Shown here: positions 1 to 7,531 of the stretch, in pieces
How the letters are laid out: each line of letters begins with the position of its first letter
How positions within the stretch are numbered: the stretch's first letter is position 1
Source of the DNA: Sedimentisphaerales bacterium
Lineage (GTDB): Bacteria > Planctomycetota > Phycisphaerae > Sedimentisphaerales > SM23-30
Length of the DNA stretch: 64,000 nucleotides
Assembly (NCBI GenBank): GCA_963666285.1
Contig: OY762711.1
Direction: 5' to 3' (one strand)
Made by a program: the position numbers and the translations under genes
Notes under the pieces: generated by a model
Told to the model about the DNA's origin: nothing
The model's database searches: none
What the model saw: the letters and a program-made list of their open reading frames with translations, nothing else

Positions 1-81
1 AGCATCCCGGCCAATAAGTAAATTGTTAAAAACTAAGGATTTATGATAGCAAAAATGGGAGGAATATCCAAGTAATAAAAA

Positions 82-110
82 TGCCAAACTGACCGATAGC
101 CAGTTTGGTA
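82..110 (+). terminator. Hairpin, possible terminator of a + strand gene ending near the window start
   Basis: tgccaaactg-N9-cagtttggta inverted repeat; A-run before it, weak T-rich tail after it. Confidence 0.4.
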
Positions 111-176
111 GGTATTTGGTGTTGGGTACTGGTAAATGTATCATCTAGCGGCGAGCTAATTTAATCGCATGCGGCG

Positions 177-239
177 AATGTGCCGAGCTGGTGCTCGACG
201 CCGGCAGGATTAAGGAATCGGCTTCGCCAAGGCTGGTTT
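177..239. repeat. 63-bp REP-like element; inverted copy at 55077-55139
   Basis: aatgtgccgagctggtgctcgacgccggcaggattaagga... aligns without gaps to the reverse complement of 55077-55139. Confidence 0.85.
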
Positions 240-243
240 GATT

Positions 244-263
244 CACAGGCAAGGATGCCTGTG
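244..263. repeat. Short REP-like palindrome
   Basis: cacaggc-aaggat-gcctgtg perfect 7-bp stem. Confidence 0.6.
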
Positions 264-320
264 CTACTATATCCTTAACGATGTTGGGTTGGTTGGAAAT
301 TGAAATATTGTTGTCCAAAG

Positions 321-351
321 AACCCGGAATAGAATTAACTACGCCGGGGTT
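321..351 (-). terminator. Probable terminator of the 1717-aa gene
   Basis: Minus strand aaccccggcgtag...ctattccgggtt followed by cttt, about 20 bp after the stop. Confidence 0.5.
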
Positions 352-372
352 GAAATATCTTGTTATATTAGA

Positions 373-3300
373 TTACTGAACTATTTTGTATTGATTATTG
401 CTGTTGAGCCAGTTCGATATCATGGTATTCAGGTCAACAATATCGACAATACCATCAGCTGGGGCTGAAATATCCGCTGAAAGTCCTTCTGAAGATTGAA
501 GCCACTGGGCTGCGAGTGAGTTAAAATCAAGCAGATTAACCTCACCTTCGCCGGTAATGTCACCAACAGCATGGGTTGCGATAGCGGCTGCGGTCATCTG
601 CATTGCCGGCTGCTGCTGAACTGTATCGTAGTAGGCAATGTCCCAGATGAATTGACCATCATCAAGAGCAGTTGACATATCCAGCTGGATGGTAAAGGTA
701 TCTGATGTTATCAAAGACTGGCCCGCTGATATTGACGGTACATTTATGCTCCTGTCGCCAATAACGGCAATCTCATCCGAGTTGTCTATAAGTGACAGCA
801 GGACATTAGAAAGGTCAGTTGTGCTGTTGTTTTTGATCTCAACAGCAACCTCATATTCTACTATTGATTCATCAATTACAGTTTCGCTGACGATCTGGTA
901 TCCGAGGAACTCTATTACGCTGCTTCTGGCTGCTTCTGGGGTATTACCGTAGGCTCCAAGATTTATTCTGCCGCCGTTTGGCATAGGTTCATTGCTATAG
1001 TCGCTGGATGTGCTACCAGTATCAATGCAAAACGATTCAGATAATAGGTGGTAATCGCCAGTAATATAAACATCATCAAGCCATATTCCATTACTTACAA
1101 AACTAACTTTATTATACTCTATTTTTGCATATTCGCATATTGACAAATCCTTAATATTCAATTCTACCGTATTTTCACCAGATGAGTCTAGGTATGCCTC
1201 AATGTAAAATACAGAAGAATTAATTTCATCAAAAGAAATAGACATTTTGTGCCAGTTGTCATCTCGAATAAGGTCAGCCTCTACCATTTGTAAAGAACCA
1301 TTCTCGTGAGTAAATACTTTTAAAGCCAATGGGTAATTGTAAGAAAATTCAGGGGAACAAGAAGCCTTATAATCTAGGTTTAATTCAACTTTACCATTGA
1401 GCTCTATATTTGTGTTTAATGAGTTGGTTGCTTTTACTATTCCATAGTCGAAAAAGAATTCATCTCTAATCCACCCTGCATCAATAGATATGACGTTATT
1501 ATTGCTACCGATTTCATAATCATAAAATCCACCTTCAGTATAATCAATTGACCAACCTAAAAAGTCTATTTCCTTAACTTGAAACCAGTTACTATGATAA
1601 TCCTGTGAATCAAGCTCATGTATTGTTTTGGGTTTAATCTTAATGTCATTTAATGATATATTTGCCTGCCCAACTTCATCTAATAAAAAAGAAAAACTAA
1701 TTTTATCCTCAACGATTTCTGTTGTAAAGCTATAATATCCAGAAGAAATGTTTAAGAAATGTAAACCACTGCTATACATAGTCATCGTATTTGTTCCATC
1801 CCCATAACCAGACCATTCAAGAGTAACATCATAGAAACCATCTGGGCATTCAATTTCAAATGTTTTTTCAGCTGAATGATTTACAATAGTACATTCTACC
1901 ATTGACATTTCATCAAAAAAAGGTACAGTCTCAAGATAAAAACTATAAGATTCAAATGGTACATTTGATTCATATATATTGCCAATACAATTAGTAACAA
2001 ACGATGGTGTAATATTGTAATCAATATTGTCCCCGTAGAACCAAAGAGCATTGCAGATGTTATTATAGAAATCTCTGATACCAGAAATGCCAATGCTTAT
2101 AGGGTAATTATCTATTACTGAACAATTAATAATATCAACCTCATGGATTGAGTAAATGCCACCAATTGCATTTGCTTTATTACCAACTATTAAATCATTA
2201 TGTAACAAACCAGAAATGCTATATATCCCTCCGCCATTTTCATTAGCAGTGTTAGTATGTATGTAACAGTAGGCAATAGTAGCTTCTGTCCCATTTCCAT
2301 TGACACCTCCACCATTCTCTGCAAGCCCATTAGTTATAGTAAAACCAGAAAGCTCACAATCTTCAGTTTCTTCACCACCAAAAGTAACAACAGAACCATT
2401 CTGACCACCATCAATAACAGTTTGCTCTCTTATGGTAGAATTATCCGGATCAGTAGCAGTAAGAACAATATCTTTATTATCAAAACTTATATTTTCTACA
2501 TAATGTCCCGGACTAACAATTACAGTATCTCCGCTGAAAGCTGCATCTATAGCTGTCTGGATAGAATCAAACGGGTGGTCGGCAGAGCCGCCCTGAGCGG
2601 TATCATCGGCATTATCGATATCTACATAATAAGTCTGTGGCCCCAGAAGGCAGACAGTGCATGTAGCATTATTATTTCCAGAGTTTGCTTCGCCGGTAAT
2701 AGTACCATCCAGACAGATAGTGTAGTCATCAGATGGCAATAGAGAAGTATCCCAGCTGTATGTCAGGCTGGTCTGGCCGGTTATAGTTTCAACCGAGGTT
2801 GAGATAAGGCGGTTTATGCCTGAACTGTCTTCTGCGGTAAGGGTAAGTGTTGCCAGCTCAGTATGGTCTTCTGTGCGGTTAACAACCGCAGCAAACTGAA
2901 CGGTTTCACCTACCCTGTAAATACGATCTTCCTGCGGGGTAATGCTTTCGATGATAAGGTCATGGACGGGCTGCGGAAGAACTGTAAGGGTAAGTTTCTG
3001 AAAGAAAGTAAAGTCATTTATTCCTGTCACTCGGATAAACCATTGGTAATCACCGGGCGAAAGATTGTCTGTATCGACATAATATGATAAAATATTACCA
3101 TTAGATGTGTAGCTGTCTTTTCCATTAATACTATCACCATTGAACCAGCCGGTTAAAACATTTGCATTATAGATGTTTACATTGGCGTTAAGCTGAAATT
3201 CTGCGATTTCACCATGGATCACAGTTTGTTCAGCAGGCTGAGCTATAAGATTTTGTGTTGCAGAGCCAAGATTTAATACTGCTACATTTCCTACATTCAT

Positions 3301-5526
3301 CCAGCTATCATAATGCACTACACAGTTTGCATTTCCAAAAGCTTTTGTTTCACCTTCACTAATAGTGAAATTATCCATAATCTCAGGTTCGATTCTTTCG
3401 ACATTAACCAGTCCAGTACTTGTATTCAAACCGGTAAAATAAATAGTATATGGACCAAATGATACAGGCTGGTTAACATTGTCAAGACTGTAAATGTGTT
3501 CCAGTACCTCATGGCCTTGAGCGGCAGGTCTGTCGCCGACAAGGATATGATGCGTTCTGGTATTATTAGACCAGTCTTCATCCCCAACGTTACATGCAGC
3601 TGTACATTTAACTATATAATAACCATCATCGGAACCTGTTTGAATAGAAGCTTCGATGAAGGTCTGGTTACCGGCTGGTAATTGGCTAATGCTAAACTGC
3701 TGTTCTGTTCCAGTTGGGTTGTTGTCAGGGTCATAAAGCTGGATACTCAGGCTGCCAGACGCTATATAATCACCCAGATTAGCAACATAAATCTTTAATG
3801 TTACATCACTATCATTGTCAGCACTTGAAGAGCCTTCAATATCAGAAACAGCAAAATCATACCCTTCGATAGGATCAACAATGGTTAATGTACTCTCTAC
3901 GGCATCATCTAATGAATATGCCCCATGATCGGCATTGATCGAAACAGTATAACTGCCCGCTGTGCCTGGTGCTGTAAGATCAATTGAAAAGTTACCACTG
4001 GTATTAGTTTTAGCAGTCGCCACCTTTGAACCATTCAAATTAACAATAATATCAGCATTAGAAACATAACTCCCATCCTGCGTAACATTGCCGCTGATCG
4101 TATATGATTGACTAATATTAGTTGTCCAGGGGCCGTCAGCAGTTAATTCTAGCGGTGTATTAAAGAGAGGGTTGTTCTGATAAAATGAAACCAAGTCCGA
4201 AGGATAATCCCATCTGCAATCGCGTGTCTCAGAAAAAACGCTATCAAGCTCATCTGTTTCATAATAACACTCAGTATATATTCTTTGTTGTTCTGGTAAG
4301 TTTTTAAGGTCAATCATAATCGCATGTGAAACAAGAAGGGCTCCACCAGAAGGGTCAGCTCCTTTTGCAGCTTCTATCAATATTTCCGTAAGTTGGCTCA
4401 TCAGGTCTGTTTCAGGTAACGCCTGGACAATGGCATTACATAAAGGCAATCCATTCACAAGCCCATCTCTGCAATTCTGCCAGAAATACTTTGCCTCATG
4501 AGGTTCCCAGTCAGTACCTCTGTTTCTTATTTGTAATGCCGCAACACGCAGCTCTTGAGCATGTGTTGAGAATTGATTTTTGATTGAGTTTCTATACCAT
4601 TCCATTGGGTCTGAAATAGCTGAAATTCGGTTTTCAATAAAGTTTTCAGCCAGCATATCTGCACTTTCTTCAAGAAGTACACTTGCTTGTGTCCCTAAAG
4701 TTACTCCACCCGTATAATATGAAGACAGAACAGCTCCCAGGCAGCCTGCTGCAGTATCGCGGATAGTCTGACCAAAAGCTACAACATCAGTGCCAAAAAT
4801 GATATCTTCATAATCGTCAGCAATACTATCAAGTGCATCGGCCAATGAATCTACATCCCACTCTTGAATTTCCGCTACAACTGCTATTGTTGAATATAAA
4901 TTCTCATCTGAAACTACACCATTAGGACCAACAACAAGCCATTTTGATTGTTGAGTGTAGTATTCTGCATCTGCATCATAATGCCACATTTTATAGCAAG
5001 TATATGAAATACCATTATACGAAATCTCTTTCTGCAATTCTGGAACAACAGACGGAGATATTATCCAGTAATTATCTGGCACAGAGACGATATGATCTAA
5101 GCAATCTACAATAGTTGCAGTACTTGAAGTAGCTAATGTGTCATATCCGGAACATTCTAGTTCGAAGTTAAAAGATGATTTTCCAATGATAGTAAATACC
5201 GGGCCAAAATCTATCCATATATTATTGTTATCGACATTTAGTTCATATATACCTGTAGATGTTTCAGTGAAGCTGCTGATTAATTCTTGAGTATCGTCAT
5301 CGGAATATCCAGGCAGTTTTGCAGAACAGTTTATATTTACGCCCGAAATGAGATTATTTGTGCTATTGTCACGCACAATTAGCTTAATAGTAGAATTATT
5401 GCCAGATTGAGACAAGTTTGTTGATGATATGTCAGAAAAGAATTGTATGTCAACATTCATCTCATTTGCCGATAAGCAAGAAACAAACAACAGTAAAAAC
5501 AGTGATATATTAAAGAAACATCTCAT
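373..5526 (-). CDS. Giant secreted modular protein: helical region, Ig/CARDB-like domains, right-handed beta-helix (DUF1565-like), C-terminal dockerin-like EF-hand pair
   Basis: Signal peptide; CARDB-like 'DFAVSDI...DEDWSNN' and 'DLIIESI...EANSGNN'; 'PFDSIQTAIDAA..GDTVIVSPGHYVENI' and 'GDYHL...RINLGAYGN'; C-terminal 'GDITGEGEVNLLDF..W' and 'ADGIVDIVDL..W'. Confidence 0.8.
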   Translation of the reverse strand: MRCFFNISLFLLLFVSCLSANEMNVDIQFFSDISSTNLSQSGNNSTIKLIVRDNSTNNLISGVNINCSAKLPGYSDDDTQELISSFTETSTGIYELNVDNNNIWIDFGPVFTIIGKSSFNFELECSGYDTLATSSTATIVDCLDHIVSVPDNYWIISPSVVPELQKEISYNGISYTCYKMWHYDADAEYYTQQSKWLVVGPNGVVSDENLYSTIAVVAEIQEWDVDSLADALDSIADDYEDIIFGTDVVAFGQTIRDTAAGCLGAVLSSYYTGGVTLGTQASVLLEESADMLAENFIENRISAISDPMEWYRNSIKNQFSTHAQELRVAALQIRNRGTDWEPHEAKYFWQNCRDGLVNGLPLCNAIVQALPETDLMSQLTEILIEAAKGADPSGGALLVSHAIMIDLKNLPEQQRIYTECYYETDELDSVFSETRDCRWDYPSDLVSFYQNNPLFNTPLELTADGPWTTNISQSYTISGNVTQDGSYVSNADIIVNLNGSKVATAKTNTSGNFSIDLTAPGTAGSYTVSINADHGAYSLDDAVESTLTIVDPIEGYDFAVSDIEGSSSADNDSDVTLKIYVANLGDYIASGSLSIQLYDPDNNPTGTEQQFSISQLPAGNQTFIEASIQTGSDDGYYIVKCTAACNVGDEDWSNNTRTHHILVGDRPAAQGHEVLEHIYSLDNVNQPVSFGPYTIYFTGLNTSTGLVNVERIEPEIMDNFTISEGETKAFGNANCVVHYDSWMNVGNVAVLNLGSATQNLIAQPAEQTVIHGEIAEFQLNANVNIYNANVLTGWFNGDSINGKDSYTSNGNILSYYVDTDNLSPGDYQWFIRVTGINDFTFFQKLTLTVLPQPVHDLIIESITPQEDRIYRVGETVQFAAVVNRTEDHTELATLTLTAEDSSGINRLISTSVETITGQTSLTYSWDTSLLPSDDYTICLDGTITGEANSGNNNATCTVCLLGPQTYYVDIDNADDTAQGGSADHPFDSIQTAIDAAFSGDTVIVSPGHYVENISFDNKDIVLTATDPDNSTIREQTVIDGGQNGSVVTFGGEETEDCELSGFTITNGLAENGGGVNGNGTEATIAYCYIHTNTANENGGGIYSISGLLHNDLIVGNKANAIGGIYSIHEVDIINCSVIDNYPISIGISGIRDFYNNICNALWFYGDNIDYNITPSFVTNCIGNIYESNVPFESYSFYLETVPFFDEMSMVECTIVNHSAEKTFEIECPDGFYDVTLEWSGYGDGTNTMTMYSSGLHFLNISSGYYSFTTEIVEDKISFSFLLDEVGQANISLNDIKIKPKTIHELDSQDYHSNWFQVKEIDFLGWSIDYTEGGFYDYEIGSNNNVISIDAGWIRDEFFFDYGIVKATNSLNTNIELNGKVELNLDYKASCSPEFSYNYPLALKVFTHENGSLQMVEADLIRDDNWHKMSISFDEINSSVFYIEAYLDSSGENTVELNIKDLSICEYAKIEYNKVSFVSNGIWLDDVYITGDYHLLSESFCIDTGSTSSDYSNEPMPNGGRINLGAYGNTPEAARSSVIEFLGYQIVSETVIDESIVEYEVAVEIKNNSTTDLSNVLLSLIDNSDEIAVIGDRSINVPSISAGQSLITSDTFTIQLDMSTALDDGQFIWDIAYYDTVQQQPAMQMTAAAIATHAVGDITGEGEVNLLDFNSLAAQWLQSSEGLSADISAPADGIVDIVDLNTMISNWLNSNNQYKIVQ

Positions 5527-5834
5527 TTTGAAACATCACCTTTCAATTGGTTCGATAAATAATTATGCTAAAATCCACTTCCGACAGGCTGGTGAAATTA
5601 TCTCCTTTTGCACCCAAACCTCCCAGATTTAATGTAGTCATTTTATCAAAATCAACTTTCATAACAAAATGAAAAAGATATACAAATTTCGTCATATTGA
5701 CACATACCAAATGCCTAAATACTGTAAATATCCTATATGTCGATATTTACCGTTATCCACTGAGAGAGAAAAACCGCATTTTTTATGCTTAGCCCCTTCG
5801 ATTAGCTCAGGATTTTCAATGAGGGACGGCAAAG

Positions 5835-6476
5835 CTACCTGCGTTGTTTTCGTTTGCTTGTTCGGACACGATACAATCGTTCAGTGAAACCGCCTTCGGA
5901 TTCGAAGGATTCTGCCTGGACAGAAATCTGACGAGAGAGTAAGTAACTTGCCAGATTGATAGAGGCAAGCATACCATTTGCCACTAAAGCTGAAGAAGAC
6001 AAGGACTGACATGGACTATCAAAGACTTTCACCTCAGAAGTGTCGGTCAGTGTTTGCCTGTGAGAGTCTTTTGCTATTTGCATCTCCTGATTTACCCACT
6101 CCCGTACATCGTCAACCGTTTTGCATTTCTTTGTTTTGAAGCGTTTCATAATCGGATCATCAAATGATAATACAACCATATTCCCCTGCCTGAGGTAATC
6201 TTCATAATCGAGGCGGAGCTCCTCAAGGCTGGCCCTGGCAACATTAGTCAGTTTCAGTTCGGTCTTTTTGGATGTTCCTGATGCCATTGAACCTTCAGCG
6301 ATGTTCTGCACACCACTACGCGCGGCCTGGATCATCTGGTCGCGGGTACGGCTGAACTTATCGATATAAAGATCACAAAACCTGACTGTTACATCATAAA
6401 CCAGCCTGGCAACCTGAAAACTCAACATTTTGCGATATCCACCGTGCTGAGTAATTAGTTTTTTCAGATCAGACAT
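5835..6476 (-). CDS. Four-helix-bundle protein (23S-IVS/Avd-like) with four-helix-bundle suffix domain
   Basis: 'RTRDQMIQAARSGVQNIAEGS...ELKLTNVARASLEELRLDYEDYL' and suffix 'YLLSRQ...FESEGGFTERLYRVR'. Confidence 0.9.
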   Translation of the reverse strand: MSDLKKLITQHGGYRKMLSFQVARLVYDVTVRFCDLYIDKFSRTRDQMIQAARSGVQNIAEGSMASGTSKKTELKLTNVARASLEELRLDYEDYLRQGNMVVLSFDDPIMKRFKTKKCKTVDDVREWVNQEMQIAKDSHRQTLTDTSEVKVFDSPCQSLSSSALVANGMLASINLASYLLSRQISVQAESFESEGGFTERLYRVRTSKRKQRR

Positions 6477-6544
6477 ACTTTATATTTATACATATAATCC
6501 ACATCATATAAAACAAAAATATAACATATACTGTCCAGACTACC

Positions 6545-7501
6545 TTACCTGATGTCGCTGGTGAGGTATTGGGCGGCGAAAGTGGCGAAATCGAACATAT
6601 TTATTATGCCGTCGGCGGGTTCGTTGATATCGTAGAGGCTGTCCCAGGCGGGCGAAGTATAGTCCAGCAGCCAATGCTGAGCCAGTAGTGCGAAATCCTC
6701 AAGTTCGACGCGGCAGTCGCCGGTAAAGTCGGCGGTTAGAGTGCAGGTATAGATAGTAAACTCACTGTCGCTGATATCGAAGACAGTGCTGTCGGACCCC
6801 TTCGATACCTTCACCAGGCAATGGCTGCTGTTATCATACGGCACCGTCCAGTTATACGTGCCGGTATCAGGAGAAACAGCAATATCGATCCAGCGGACGC
6901 CGGAGTTTGCCGAATACTGCAGCAGGACAGAATCGACAGCACCGAGGCTGGTCCAGGTAATCTCGTATTGGCTGCCGGAGAGCAGATATATCGGTGTATT
7001 TGGTGCTGTAACGGTAATAGAAGGCGGATAATCGACGGAAATAGTACCGGTCGTATAGAGCTGTGAGGTGTTCCACAGCAGCCCCGGTGAAAGACCGGGC
7101 AAAGAGACAGCGTAAAATGAACCGGTAAGGTTTGCGGGAAGAAAATCGAAGATATCGAAACTATCACCGATGCCGGGCACGAACCCGTCATATAAAACCA
7201 CTTCCAGCTGACCGCCGAAAGTAACATCGCTTTCGAAAATAATTTTGTCGTGTTCTGTGCCGGGTATTGTGCCGCCCAGCTCGATAAGTATATTCGATTG
7301 AGAGCCAAAAGAAACGTTGCCCTGGAAAGTTACGAGTCCGGGGCTGTTGCCGGGCGAAACACCGGCGGTAACCGTCAGGTCAGAGGCTAAAGTGGTATTG
7401 CCGGTAATGATATGGTCTATTACCTGCCCTGCCCTGAGAGGTAAAGTGCATGCCGTCAGCAGCAAAATGAATATATAGTATTTCTCGAATAATCTAAACA
7501 T
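6545..7501 (-). CDS. Secreted protein: beta-helix cap-like domain, Ig-like domain, dockerin-like C-terminus
   Basis: Signal peptide; 'SPGNSPG..IELGGT..G..HD' domain shared with the neighbouring gene; 'ADFTGDCRVELEDF..W' and 'DINEPADGIINMFDF'. Confidence 0.8.
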   Translation of the reverse strand: MFRLFEKYYIFILLLTACTLPLRAGQVIDHIITGNTTLASDLTVTAGVSPGNSPGLVTFQGNVSFGSQSNILIELGGTIPGTEHDKIIFESDVTFGGQLEVVLYDGFVPGIGDSFDIFDFLPANLTGSFYAVSLPGLSPGLLWNTSQLYTTGTISVDYPPSITVTAPNTPIYLLSGSQYEITWTSLGAVDSVLLQYSANSGVRWIDIAVSPDTGTYNWTVPYDNSSHCLVKVSKGSDSTVFDISDSEFTIYTCTLTADFTGDCRVELEDFALLAQHWLLDYTSPAWDSLYDINEPADGIINMFDFATFAAQYLTSDIR

Positions 7502-7531
7502 TGTATTCTCATGAATTCAGCATGGCACTGA

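Noticed and set aside
1..21. Possible 3' end of an upstream + strand gene (SIPANK-stop)
   Set aside because: Only six codons are visible, so it cannot be supported or identified.
5563..5613. 16-aa GTG-initiated uORF with a GGGAGGT SD upstream of the 1717-aa gene
   Set aside because: Too short to distinguish from chance, with no attenuator structure or conservation evidence available.
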